A stretch of 64,000 nt of DNA from Tubulanus polymorphus (taxonomy: Eukaryota > Animalia > Nemertea), in NCBI RefSeq assembly GCF_964204645.1, contig NC_134028.1, positions 26,408,345 to 26,472,344 on the forward strand, given 5' to 3'. A model generated the notes under the pieces. That model had not been told where the DNA came from. It made no database searches and was given only the letters and a program-made list of their open reading frames with translations. The translations under genes and the position numbers were made by a program. How positions within the stretch are numbered: position 1 is the stretch's first letter; each line of letters opens with the position of its first letter. This document shows positions 38,382 to 52,411 of the stretch, piece after piece.

Positions 38382-41300
38382 TCAGATAATTAATTGTTGA
38401 AATTGACCGCAAGCCTGCATTTGTTGGATTATAGATAGAGGAATAAAAGTATTGCTATTATTATCGAATCCAGTTCTAATTTATGGTTTTTTCTATGGAG
38501 TAAGACCCGAGTTATTTCCAGTATTTAATCAAATTTCAACAAAAAATGGCCTAAAGTTGAAAATGGCCTGGCTCCCAGTTTTACTTACTGGTATCATCAA
38601 CATCACATCATGGGGGTCGATTAGGTGACAGGGGGCTATTTCGGAATTGCAATGTTCTCAATTGCAATTATAATCAAAATGATACATGATAGCAAAAATG
38701 TATTTTTGATATCAGTTAATTGCAGTCATACATCAAATCCTTTACACTCAAATTCACACATTCAGTTAATCTGTTTTAGAGTTTTTGTGACTTGAATTTC
38801 TTCGACTTGACTTGACTTACCATCACCTTCCCATTTTTTATGCTGAAAAAACCCAAGAATATTAATAAAGTTCTGGATATTCTAATTTCAAGTGAAATAG
38901 TTTGATACAGCGCTAGAACATTTTCTATTTCGGTACCTTTTTTCGAGATCACTTGCACCACATAACACTGTAATATTTAGAAGGTAATTCTGTATTTTCA
39001 ATACTTAAATTATTTATTTATTATCTTGTTAGATTAGACAAGAAGCGGCAGAATTTAGGAGGAGCGTGTTCCAAAAACGATACAAAACCTGAGGATGGAC
39101 AGTAGTAAATAGAATCTGACTCGTGAAGAACTGGATATTTTTTGTTAAAAAAAGTGGATGAATAATAATCACGACGATTACAATAGGTTTTTCTGTGAAA
39201 CAACATGAAAACCCTAATAACCACCAGACTGAAACATCCCGGACTGGGCGGCTATTAGGATACAAAAAAGAAACTCCATCGACAATCTCCTTAGGAAACC
39301 ACCAATTAGTATTCAAAACGCTTATAAGACCTGGGCAGACAAATCCGAAAAGTCTGCATGCAAACCCAGATGAAATGTGGTAGACCTTCCGAACAATGAC
39401 CAAAAAACACATGGCCGGCGGGGGCGGCCTTGGCCGGACCAAAACTTTGCCGACCATGTTTCACTTATTGACGTAATATATGTTAATGCTGATATTCGTA
39501 CTAAATTTTGCATAAAATCTATAGTATCATCTTGTCGTGAATTGTGTCCCGATGTAAGGGGATTTATTTCATATATCTCATGCCAGAATTTCGTTAAAAC
39601 GCACCTCCTGGTTTTAAATATTTCAAAAGCTTTTTCAAATAGAGGACCCCCGAATCCCCTACCATCTTGGCCGGACCAATGTGTTTCTCCTTCCGCCGGC
39701 CCTGAAACAGTCAAGACGAAAGACCGCAGTCATAAAAAATCTTCTTAATAAACAACAGCCTGGAGCTCTTAAACATGTCATTGAAATACAAATTGAAAAA
39801 TATTTTATAGAGAATTGAACTAAGTTTAGTTTGTTTGCACGAAATCGTTTCTATCCAAAAATTAATCATTCTACGCTTTACGCCAATATGTAGGATAACG
39901 TCCTAACTCCGAGGTATAGTAATGTATGGGAATATTTCGTAACATTCATGATAATTTTACAAAATAAACAGACGAAGGCTTTCTAATAAAAACAACATAT
40001 GACACGACGGTAGGACTGGTGTAATAGTACGGGACTAAGTTTGTGTTACGAGCATGAATAGACTCAATTGAACAGGCGTATACATAGTGAATTCCCTGAG
40101 ATAAATACCCTGCACACACGATCATTCGACTGTGACCATGTGAAATCTGAACACAAACACGTCAATGTATTACGACGTAGGCCTATGGCTTCTAAATGAA
40201 ACATAATGTGATTCCATACTCCGACAGCCAAATCTCCAATAATTTTATACCACCTAATTTGCCAACCAACCTCCTTGCAGAATGAATATATTTTCAGGGT
40301 CGGTTTTGGTTTTTTAATGAGAAATATTGTAAACTAGGCATACTTTCGATATCATGGAAACTAATGGTCATACATTCATAAACATGTTTTTTAATTAGAT
40401 GTAATTGCTTTTATCCATCGCTTCCTCAAAGGATTTTATCCCAAGATTCTGCAAAATGGCCACCCTGTCCTTGATGTAGACTTCAGGTGCTCATTTATAT
40501 GGGACTGTTTGAGTTTGATATATGAATCTTGGCGTGAACAAATCTACGCAGTGTCATTTGAACTCTAGACATTCCCTGAGATGTTATATTATCTCATTCG
40601 ACCACACCCTAAGATCTCACAATAGAAATTCGGATATATTTGCCGTGATCTGGGTGATGTGAGCTTAAAGCCCAAGCTACTTCAGGCATCGGTTTTAGTG
40701 GTGTTGAATTTGACGAGCAGTGAATTTGAGCAGCCATAAAGTTATAATTTGATATCATGCACTTTCGATATCTTCCTTTTCGATTTTGTTGCTAATTCTT
40801 CTTTTCTCGTCAAGGCAGTTGGATATTGTAAGCCTACATGGGTAGGCCTACCTTTCCTTTGCTAATTAGTACTTTTTCCATAGGCCCTGAGAGATAACCT
40901 TTTATTCTAACATTTATTACCCGAGATTGTTTTGCTGCTATCTTTCAGTGGGTCAACGAGTTGTTGTTTGTGAAATCTGAATTTGAACATAATTTGTATT
41001 TTGAATTTTTAAACTATCAACATTGACATGGAGAAAGTAATTTGAAAAATGGAACAATCTTTACTGGTCGGATTTAATTAAATCATTTAATTAAACTTCT
41101 CGCTCTACCGCTGAAAATGGATCCAATATGATCTATAGTCTTAGGATACCACAAGACACGAACGACGTAAACTAAGCAAGATAAGTAAATGGTAGGCCTC
41201 CTCATCTACGAGCTACGAGCTGAAGTTGAGATGATTGCTCGTAGGCCTCGTACAAATAGAGTAATCGATTAGTTTATGTATTCGCCACAGTATTTAGGGG

Positions 41301-41891
41301 CAGCACTAGACGGTTGAGATTCGACAGAGCTGTGGCATGCGAGCAGGAAATTCAACCGCGATCCTTTAATCTAACCCTCACAATTAGATATTAGTCAATA
41401 ACTGTAGGTATTAAATCTAATTTATATTCAAAAATAAACAATAAAACATCGATCAAAACGGGTTTTCAACTGACGTGGACTGATAATAAATTCCGTTCAA
41501 TAAAATATCTACATTTGGGTTTGCATTTGATCGTAGCTGCGGGCGGAATTTCTCCACAATCGTCCATTCGAGTACTAGTCTTTGACACGATCAGATGGCG
41601 TTTTCTCGAGCTCTTCAGCTTTTGCTGTGTTTCCTGGCGATCTTGTGGCGCGGAGTATTTCGGAGTGGTGGCGTGGCGCCGGTGGCGGTGGATGGAGTTG
41701 TGTGCAAGCGGAGTGGATGGAGTTGTGTGCGCGGTGTGTGCAAGAGGAGTGAATGGAGTTTATATGTGTCGTATGAATGTGTGGTATATTTTATATCTTA
41801 TTTTTTTCATTATTTTTCTATATTATTTTTGTTTTTTCATTTTTTTTTCTTTTCATTTCATTCGTCCCTCGCCCCCAACCTGTCAATCTTA

Positions 41892-42503
41892 GGGTTTCAA
41901 CTGGCAGCGGCGGAGTCAGAGTTCTCTAATGTGGTCTCGTTTCAGCTAGTGGCGGAGTGCTGGTGATGCAGATGTTACTATAGGGGAACTGCAATCAGAA
42001 TAAGATGGGGGCGGTAGCAATCTTCGACTGAGGGGGCTGTTGGATCTTTAGGTCCCCAGTTTGGTCCATTCTAGTCTGAATCTGCTGGTTCATTGCCTAA
42101 GGCTACCCATTGGCATCTTGCTGATGGGCTCCCCGTTCACCCAGTTTTTCTCTGTCATCTGGGTGCCGGTTGTCTTAGGTGGTGTGCTCAATTCTCAATT
42201 GGGTCCCCAGTTTGGTCCATTCTAGTCTGAATCGGCTGGTTTCTTCGCCTAAGGCTACCCATTGGCATCTTGCCGATTGGGCTCCCCGTTCACCCAGTTT
42301 TTCTCTCTCATCTGGGTGCCGGTTGTCTTTTGGTGTTGATGCTTGAAGATCGGATATCCCCCGAAGCCGAAGATGTTTGTCGCTTCCCATCCTACTCTGA
42401 TTGCGGGCCCTCCGTAGTAACACCCGTGTCATCAGCACCCCCCCACTTGCTAGGACGAGGCCACGCTAGAGAACTCCGACTCTGCCGCTGCCAGTTGAAA
42501 CCC
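41892..42503. repeat. About 150-bp imperfect inverted repeat enclosing two about 125-bp direct repeats
   Basis: 41892-42037 matches the reverse complement of 42357-42503 (both start GGGTTTCAACTGGCAGCGGC); 42051-42177 is repeated at about 42202-42329. Confidence 0.85.
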
Positions 42504-43427
42504 CGAGAACTCTGACTTTGCTGTTATCAGCCGGAAGTTCTGTGCTGACTTCTTTCTCTTTCTCGGGTTAGATCAAATATGATGTAAAGCCGTTAAAACT
42601 ATGTATTACCAGCGTCTATTTGGTTGTACTTCAATTTATGCCGTGAAACTCTGGAAATTTAATTTTTCATCCAAGGTTCTTTCCCCTTCCATCAAAATCT
42701 TCCCCAGTTTTTCTTGTCGCAGCAGATGATAACGTCTATATTGTATTCGTGAACTCTGTAATCTCGAGCATCTTTTGTGTACTTCAAAAACATCGTAAAC
42801 TCTGTATCTTTGATTTCTGTTTCAGACCCCCTCATCCTGGCCTTTCATCATTTTCGTCATCCACTATCAAAGTTAGATATAGTTGCAAATTTAATTTCAG
42901 CTTATTACTTGGGGCAATAGTGGTATATCAGGGGTTCATTTTTGATAATTCAAAAATGCAGGTGTTTGATTCTCAGAAAAAAAACCTGGCATTAGGAGGG
43001 GGCTAGTGGAATTTTGGTGTTGATTTCTTGCTAGCTCTAAGGCAAAAACTCAGACATTCCGTTCTCAAAAAAACCTGGCTTATCGTGTGGGGAAGAGGTA
43101 CATGGTTTGGCTGTATATGTACCTAACCCAGACACGAACGGAGCTGGCATAAATCTGTGGCACAATAATAGTTAATGCTAGGGATAGGGATGGTTATGAG
43201 ATAAAGCTTTCTCAAACCACAGCGGTCAGACTCTGTCTGACAAACATTTTGAACTAATATATAATATGCTCTCTTCATCTTGTCATTTCGCTAGCCAGAA
43301 GTCAAACTCTGATGGTGGGAAGTCTGGTGACACCAACATCCATAATCCGACTCCGGGACTGAGTCCGATGGCACTCTTGGACCTTCCAACAACATCATTC
43401 CCTAGTCAACACGCGGCGCAAGCAACT

Positions 43428-44190
43428 TGTAAGATTGACTGCTATATCTGCACTTCGATTTAAAAAAAAAACTAAGAATATGTAAAACTTAGACAAAATT
43501 CTACCGTGTAAACTTTCGGACTACTTCGATTTTGGAAAAAAATTATGTAAGATTGATCGCCAATCACACAACTATATCTGCACTTCAATTTAAAAAAAAA
43601 ACTGTAAAAATAGGTAAAACTTAGACAAAATTCTACCTTGTAAACTTTCGGACTACTTCAATTTTGAAAAAAAATTATGTAAGATTGACTGCTATATCTG
43701 CACTTCGATTTAAAAAAAAAACTATAGAAATAGGTAAACTTAGACAAAATTCGACCTTGTAAACTTTCGGACTACTTCGATGTTGAAAAAAAATTATGTA
43801 AGATTGACTGCTATATCTGCACTTCGATTTAAAAAAAAAACTATAGAAATAGGTAAACTTAGACAAAATTCGACCTTGTAAACTTTCGGACTACTTCGAT
43901 GTTGAAAAAAAATTATGTAAGATTGACTGCTGTATCTGCACTTCGATTTTAAAAAAAAACTGTAAAAATAGGTAAAACTTAGACAAAATTCTACCTTGTA
44001 AACTTTCGGACTACTTGGATTTGAAAAAAAATTATGTAAGATTGACTAAACTATAACTGCACTTCGATTTAAAAAAGAAAACTAAAAATAGGTAAAACTT
44101 AGACAAAATTCTACCTTGTAAGCTTTCGGACTACTTCAATTTCGAAAAAAAATTATGTAAGATTGACCGCAGATCACAACTATATCTGTA
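43428..44190. repeat. About 119-bp A-tract-rich tandem repeat, about 6 copies
   Basis: Unit GATTGACTGCTATATCTGCACTTCGATTTAAAAAAAAAACT...AAACTTAGACAAAATTCTACCTTGTAAACTTTCGGACTACTTCGAT..GAAAAAAAATTATGTAA. Confidence 0.93.
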
Positions 44191-47100
44191 CTCAAAAAGT
44201 CAAACGAGAACCTGAGATCAACAACTCATCTAAAATCTGCCGATGAGAGAACAGCTCACATAACGGCCCAGTTTGAATTCAACTCATCAGCCAACAAACT
44301 TAGATGATCCACGTCGATAATGAACCCAGCAATCATAAAGGTAACTTGATGTACATGGAAAAATTTTGATTCATTCTAAATGAAATATTTGTAATTACAG
44401 GATATCTTATGCATCGTGTTTCTTATAAATTGAGGAGCAGCACAAACAATAGTGCATGTTATAAACACTGAAATCTAGGAGCGGCGAAGATAATAGCGGA
44501 CTTCTGTAGTAAAGTATTGATTGTTTTTACCTATCACCCTTTTTCAAACCAGTCGGATGATATAGTGATTTTGATGAAACTATCTAAATATATATATGAA
44601 ACTATAACGATAGTTAAGTCAAATTAGGTTAGTGACGAGTGGTAAATGTTGGCGTCGAGCACCTAGTTTGGACTCGTAGGTCTGGTGAGTTAACACCTAA
44701 ACTGAGATATAGTTTCAACATGATATCGTGAGTTTTATCTTCGTGCTTACCGTAATTAAACATAGTCAACAGAGGCTATGCCCCTGCCTGACTTAGCCCT
44801 AGATAGCACATAGTTAGGAAACAGAACATAGCGTTAGGCCAGTGGTCTATGTACAAATAGGTCTCAGCACTTTGACAAATCTAGAATAAAACAAAGCTTT
44901 AATTGGTTCAAATCATTCCTGAAAGCCATACTCTGTGCCTTTTTTTCCCCTAATGATTATTGTTTAACTGACAATTATCATATATTGCTAGGAAAAATTG
45001 CTCACTAACCAATGGCTTAGATCCACAATTAAGATGAATTCAATATTTCTAAGATCAAAAACTATTAATACGGTATGTAATACTGGTCCATAATATAAAA
45101 AACTGAAAATTCGTTAAACTAAAAATTTAAATATAGCTGATATATGTATGAGCACATCTGAATCAGTCTCATCGACTGATCAGTATTTCCATCTCCAACT
45201 GCCGTGCTTATGGCAATTGGTCAGGTTCTTCATAATTGCCGAGATTTACCCAAACCTAACTGATTCATCTTAAAGCCATACTGTGTGTCAAGTTACACGT
45301 AATAGATATTGTGTAACTGACAATTAGAATCATAGGTGAATAACTCATTAATGTATTACTATAAGATATCTACGATTAAGGTAAATTCAATATGTTATGT
45401 GAAATTGTTTTTAATTCAGGTCCATGGACATTTAAAATGTAGCTGATACATGTGTATCTGATCACATTTATTAATCTGTATCTAGTAAACCTATTGTGTC
45501 TTCATACAGCTGTATTAGTTTTGATACATATTGCCAAAATCATTTCACGCAGATTTACTTCCGATCGAAGGGAGATAAAACAAATCTGTACGTGCACAAA
45601 TACATTCCTGAATTTGGAAGGGAGAATATTTCAATTTCACTGTGTATGTCAGATTGAGAGCCTTATTCTGACAGGATATCCTAAACTTAGGTCTTATTCC
45701 TCTTGCTAATAGCTCTCTTTTACTAACCCCTCTCCTTCAAACTATTTTCTAGCATCATGTCTTGCACCGCACCAGGGAGGTCCGGTCATAACAAGGTCTT
45801 TCAGTCCTTATACACAGTGTACTACTATTACTATAAAAGGGAAATAAAGATTATATAGCAATTCGGCTATAAGGGAATTTCTAATTTACCACTTAAATGT
45901 GCTTTTATCTTAATTTCTGATGAATTCAAATAGTGATGAATTCACTTCATCTGAAATTCTACTCATGTAGATTTTCAGGCTCCATGTTCAACTGAAAATT
46001 AAAATGTAGCTAGTATGATTGCTTATTAATGGATCGCTTAGATATCTAGAAGATTAATTAAAATTAATTCAATGTAATGAATATAAGTGAAAATTATTTA
46101 AAAATAGTGCAGTGGATGAGATGACTGTTTCGTGCAATGTCACCTGCGTCATAACTGGGCGACATGTGTGTGGGATCTGTTGAATCAGTTAGGTTTTGGG
46201 GAATTCTGTATTCGTCAAACTAGATACCAAAAGCTCTGATGCAAAATAAGCATTTTGAAATAGTGATCAATCGAAACCAGATCTAAAATTCTTGTCGCGT
46301 AGAAATATCAAGCCCCGTATAAAATATTGTCAGAGACAATTTTAATTATAGCTAGGAAATTAATTGGGTGATTAGGTATCTAAGATGAAGATTAATTCAG
46401 CATCTTCATATAAGGTAAAAGTGCTCAAATCTAAACCTTAGGGGTTGATAAGAAAACTGTATATTCTAATTGGTTTATATCTAAAGAAAACAGGGTGTGT
46501 TTAAACTTCGTCTCTTAGGCTTGGGATTTATTGAATCTTTTTAGACTTTGCAGAATTCTGGATTTGTCAAGGCGTTGGAATGATTCAAGGTTTCTTAAAT
46601 CTGTAGAACTATGTTGACCAGGATCAGTGTGCTCAATGCTGGCAGCGCACTATTCAGTCAGTTTAAACATCATGAATTCAAGATCATTGTATATATAAGG
46701 AGCAATATTTAGAATTACTGAAATGGATTAGAATACCATTCACTGGAGTAAACAGTACAAAAACAATTTGATAAGATTTATTATGCATTACTAAATTTGT
46801 TGTAACTCTGGTATTCCTGAAGATGACTATAGATGCTTTAATCGAATTGCTGTTAAACTATAATTATCAACCGTGTGCTTAGATATCTAGAAGATGAATA
46901 ACAATATGAGTTGAATTTCATATAAATATCATTTAATAATTGACTATTATCAAAATCTACATATCGGTCCACATTGCTGATCTTATATGTGAATTGACAC
47001 GTTCATTATGATCAGTGATATTCGAAAGGATTTTCTGCTCACAAGATTCTGCTCTTAATTTTAGCTGAATTACTAATCGACTAGTCATAAAATGTACAAA

Positions 47101-47339
47101 ATGATCTTCAACCTTGTAAGATAGATATCCAAAATCTTGATGTATTAAGATAGGCAGAAAAAAAGTTAACCCCAATCAGTCGCTTTCTGACTGGATGGAA
47201 GATGAATTAACCTGAACCGAATTTCGCAATTACGTGCTTGGATTTAAAGAAAGAAAACTCTGTCAGCTTGACCACCTACTCAAATCAATCAAACGAAATC
47301 TACCAATCACCCGCAGAAGAATCAAACCAACACAAAAGA

Positions 47340-48950
47340 TCGTCACCAATACTGAACCCAGCAATTTTGAAATGTAAGTTTATTTTTATGGAAATAATTA
47401 TGATAAATTCTAAATGAAATATTTTGTCATTAAAGGATATCTTCTTTTAATCATTGCAGCTAAATTTCAGCTATAAGAAGAAACCCAGCTTGAGATCAAC
47501 TACTCGTCCAAAATCGACTAACTGGAATAGTGAACAGATGAGGCCAACAGAATCGACCTTACTAACCAACCAACAAATAAGATAATCGCCGATAACGAAA
47601 CAAGCAATCATAAAAGGTAAGTTAATATAAATGAAATTATTACGATTAATTCTTATTGAAATATTTTGTCATTACAGGATATCTTCTTTTAATCATTGTT
47701 GCTAAATTTCAACTATAAGAAGAAACCCAACTTGAGATCAACTACTCGTCCAAAATCGACCAACTGGAACAGCACACAGATGAGGCCAACAGAATCGAAC
47801 TCATTAACCCACCAACTTTAGATGATCCACACCGATAATGAACCAAGCAATCATAAAAGGTGACTTGATATACATGGAATTATTTCGATTAATTCTTATT
47901 GAAATACTTTGTCATTACAGGATATCTTCTTTTAATCATTGCAGCTAAATTTCAACTATAAGAAAAAAACCCAGCTTGAGATCAGCTACTCATCCAAAAT
48001 CGACCAACTGGAACAGTGCACAGATGAGGTCAACTAACTAACCAACTAATAGGATAATCGCCGATAACCAAGCAATCATAAAAGGTAACTTGATATACAT
48101 GGAATTATTTCGATAAATTCTAAATGAAATATTTTTTCATTAAAGGATATCTTCTTTTAATCATTGCAGCTAAATTTCAGCTATAAGAAGAAACCCAGCT
48201 TGAGATCAACTACTCGTCCAAAATCGACCAACTGGAACAGCGAACAGATGAGGCCAACAGAATCGACCTAACTAACCAACCAACAAATAAGATAATCGCC
48301 GATAACGAACCAAGCAATCATAAAAGGTAACTTGATATAAATGAAATTATTACGATTAATTCTTATTGAAATGTTTTGTCATTACAGGATATCTTCTTTT
48401 AATCATTGCAGCTAAATTTCAGCTTTAAGAAGAAACCCAGCTTGAGATCAGCTACTCGTCCACAATCGACCAACTGGAACAGCGCACAGATGAGGCCAAC
48501 CGAATCGAACTCATTAACCCACCAACTTTAGATGATCCACACTGATAATCAACCAAGCAATCATAAAAGGTTATTTGATATACATGAAATTATTACGATT
48601 AATTCTTATTGAAATATTTGGTCATTACAGGATATCTTCTTTTAATTATTGCACCTTAATTTCAACTATAAGAAGAAACCCAGCTTGAGATCAACTACTC
48701 GTCCAAAATCGACCAACTGGAACAGCGAACAGATGAGGCCAACAGAATCGAACTCATTAACCAACCAACTTTAGATGATCCACACCGATAACGAACCAAG
48801 CATTCATAAAAGGTAACTTGATATACATGAAATTATTATGATTAATTCTTATTGAAATATTTTGTCATTACAGGATATCTTCTTTTAATTATTCCAGCTA
48901 AATATCATCTATGAGAAAAAACCCAGCTTGAGATCAACAACTCATCAGAA
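47340..48950 (+). repeat. About 243-bp tandem repeat, 6-7 copies, each with exon-like and intron-like parts
   Basis: GT...AG segments at 47374-47435, 47617-47677, 47860-47920, 48085-48145, 48327-48387, 48570-48630, 48813-48873; a diverged single unit at 44200-44410. Confidence 0.9.
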
Positions 48951-51900
48951 AATCTACAAGTAGATGAATACTGATTGACCCATTTGCTGATGAAAACTGC
49001 AGAAGTCCAGATTAGAAGTTGAGGAGCCAGCAACGGATTAATCACTCAACCATGGATTCTTCTACAAACGGTGGTTGATTTCTATAAAATATTTTACCAG
49101 GAGCAGCAGATACTATAGTGAATCTTATAAACACTGATTCGAGCAACAAAGCTAATGGATTATCTCATAAACACTGATTCAGGATAAGGCAATAGTGTAT
49201 CTTATTAGGAGCAGCATAAACAAAGTCAATCTTATAAACACTGAGATCCAAGAGCGGCAAAGACAATAGCGGATTTCTGTAGTAAAGTATTGATTTTTTA
49301 CTTATCACCTTTTTTCAAACCAGTCTGATATAGTGTTTTCAAGGAAATTATTTTATAATGTTTAATGCAATGTGAGAGTCTAATAAAAGCTAAGCTCCAT
49401 TAATTCACGATATTGGTCTTCGATCCTTGGTTGATAGAGAAGTCAAGTTAGGTTAGTCACTAGGGGTAAATGGTCGCGTCAAGCGCCTTTGGACACGTAG
49501 GTCTGTTGAGTTAACTCCTAAACTGAGATATAGTTTCAACATGATATTGTGAGTTTAATCTTTAAACTTTACCATAGTTAAACATAGTCAGCTATGGCTA
49601 TTTGTCCGTGTAGGTATCACATAGTTAGGAAACATAGAACATAACGTTAGGCCAGTGTTGATGTACAAATTTTAAGTATTTGCTGAATTGTAGATGTATT
49701 AATTTGATGGATGGATATGTCGATTTTCACATCGAGTTTTAACTTTGAGCCTCCATCAATCTGTTTGATGATCATAGCTACGTATTTGAAAACAAAAGCT
49801 TGATCTAAAAGGAGATTATTATTTACATTTGAGAGGTAAAGCTAGGAATAACCAGGCATAAAGTTATAGCTAGGACTAATTTTGAACGTTTTAACATTGT
49901 CTATAGCTGTTTGAACTTCTTTTATTGTAATGGGTAAATCCATATCACAAGATGGCTCTCATGAATAATAGCTTTAGCTTCAAATCGGGTGTATAATGAT
50001 TATCAAGGAGTGGCGGTGAATCAGTAGTGCTTTTTCAAAATGGGCCCAGACCTTTACAGTGAAAAAATGCCTGCAGTTGTAAATAGAGGAGTATAAATAA
50101 TACATAACTACAAACTACAAGTACATAAATTAATTCTAAAAAATAAAAAAAAAACCAATAAATAATAAATAGAATAAACAACAATACAAACAAACAATAA
50201 ATTAAAATTCTATTTACATGAAAAGGCATTTTTTCAAATATTTATCAACAAGGTTCTTCATTTATCGAACAACCTTCCCTAAGTATAGCGAAAACCCGAG
50301 ATAATTTCTGTTGTTATTCAAAGCATTCTATCAACTCAGTTATTGTAATGAACAAAACAAATAACCATAAACCTTAACTAAATCGAAAACATTAAAAAAA
50401 TAACTGATATGATAGAATGCTTTGAATAACTGTGATGAAAGATCGACCCGTCCTTTCAACTAGCTGCGCTCAATCACTGCTGTGACTGTTTATTGTTATA
50501 CATGGGTAGACTTACTGTCTAAAATCTGGTAAATACTTTTAACTTTCTTAAAAGAATGTTAAACAGCTATAAACTTAGTTATTGATGTTATTGATTAGTT
50601 ACCGATTGTATAATTACGTTGATCTTTTCAAAGCTGGAAGAAAAAGCGTCAGAATACTTAGTATGTAATGTCAAGGTGTTAGGTAATCTTTAAGTCGGGG
50701 CAAAGTTGGCAAAATTCTAGATTTCTAGTGAAAGTAATGATTAATTGATACTAAGAGTACCAGAGTGAATCTGAGTTTCTCATCTCTAGTTTTAATGTTT
50801 TTATGTTGGGAGACTGTGATTGTAACACAGTTTATGTGTTTGTAAATTAGGAACTTGCATGATGATTCCTCGATTAAGATATTATTGTTGTGTGAATAAA
50901 ACGATGTACATTTTCATCATTCATGTTGAAACATTTCAGTTGTTAAGTTTTATAGCAACAATTTTACTTTAGTGCTTTTCAGTGGTTCATGAAATACAGA
51001 TTTAATTAAGGGCCTGTGGAAATAGCAGCAGATTCTTGATAACTTGAGGATACGCAGTGCTAATTGGTCAATTGTTCTAGCTTTGTTTTGATTGTCGGTT
51101 TAACCACGTCTGTTTAGGTAGGGCCTGAAATATCTGGACTCGAAGAATTTCTGATCTTTATATAGAGTTGTATTTACTACTATCAAGTTGAATAATATAA
51201 TTAAGAAGTTGCCGTAGCTTTGTCAGTTAAATCATATTTGTTTGAAGATACTCGATTTATCTTGAATTGTCACAAGGAAAAACCTTTATAATAGTTTGCA
51301 GAGTTTAATCTAAGGAATAAATGCCACTTGACCTTGGGGCAAGCATATACGTAGGTAGTATCACTTGACCCTCAAAAATCAACCTGTCCTACATGCAGTG
51401 CAATTGTGACACATTCATCCCTTACATTGAGTGGGCAACTTTTTCACTGTGGTGCTTTTCGATCAGTGGTTCATAAAATACTATATTTTATTAAGGCATA
51501 TTTTATTTCATAAAACACTGATTTAAGGTCCTATCGAATATAGTTGAGCTTTTTCTTGATAATTGAGATATCCTCAATCTCAATGTCATTTGAAAAGTTG
51601 ACATGATAGATCCTGATTTCATGAAATATAACAAAGTGTCGGTTATATTGACCTCATGAATTATCAAAAACTAGTCCAATTGTCAGTGTTTTATGCATCA
51701 AAGTTTATAATTCTTTGTGTATTTTGTTATTTTCCTAATGATGCAAATTGTATAAATCAGCTGTAGTGGAAATGTATCGTAGATAAAGACTTCTAAATAC
51801 CTTACATGTAACTTTTGTGGTTTTAAAGTTAGTACAATTTCATACATAGTAATAGAAATAAAATTACTATAAAAATTTGAGAAAATAAGCTAAGAGGTAA

Positions 51901-52411
51901 TAATTTGATATGTGAAAATAAAATGATGTAAAAAATGTAAATCAGATTGATTAATCCTACGCTTTCCAGAGTATTTGGCCAGGTTTATCTCTGGTTTTAG
52001 TGCGGGGAGCCATGGACAATTGAGTCCATGGTTGGACCATAGACTTTTTTGTTTTAGTCTATGGCGTTGGACTATGGGCGTATAAACTTTCGTTTACAGT
52101 TTATACACCTATGGTGGTTGGACTAGTCGTTTTTGAAAGTCCACGTGTTTGAGGAGCTCACATTATAATTCCTCAAGCACTCCTGGCATTTTGTATAATT
52201 GTTGTATGAGAATAAATATGAAATTTGTCATTCGTTTAGTTAAATTTGATATAGCAACAAGTCAAAGCACTACTAAAAACAAAGACTATATGCACCAGAG
52301 AAAACCTGATGGCATCTCTTCAAGCCACGATACAAACCGTGCAAATATCGATGCCATCAGGTTCGAATCCCTGTCGGGGAGGATGGATGCCTGCACTCAT
52401 TGGCAGAGGTG

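Noticed and set aside
39021-39748. Cluster of 60-140-aa ORFs on both strands
   Set aside because: Mutually overlapping, no recognisable protein; sequence looks like non-coding transposon interior.
42051-42330. Twister-ribozyme-like words (GGTCCCCAG, GCCTAA) in the direct repeats
   Set aside because: I could not assemble the P1/P2/P4 stems or the GAGGG pseudoknot partner by eye.
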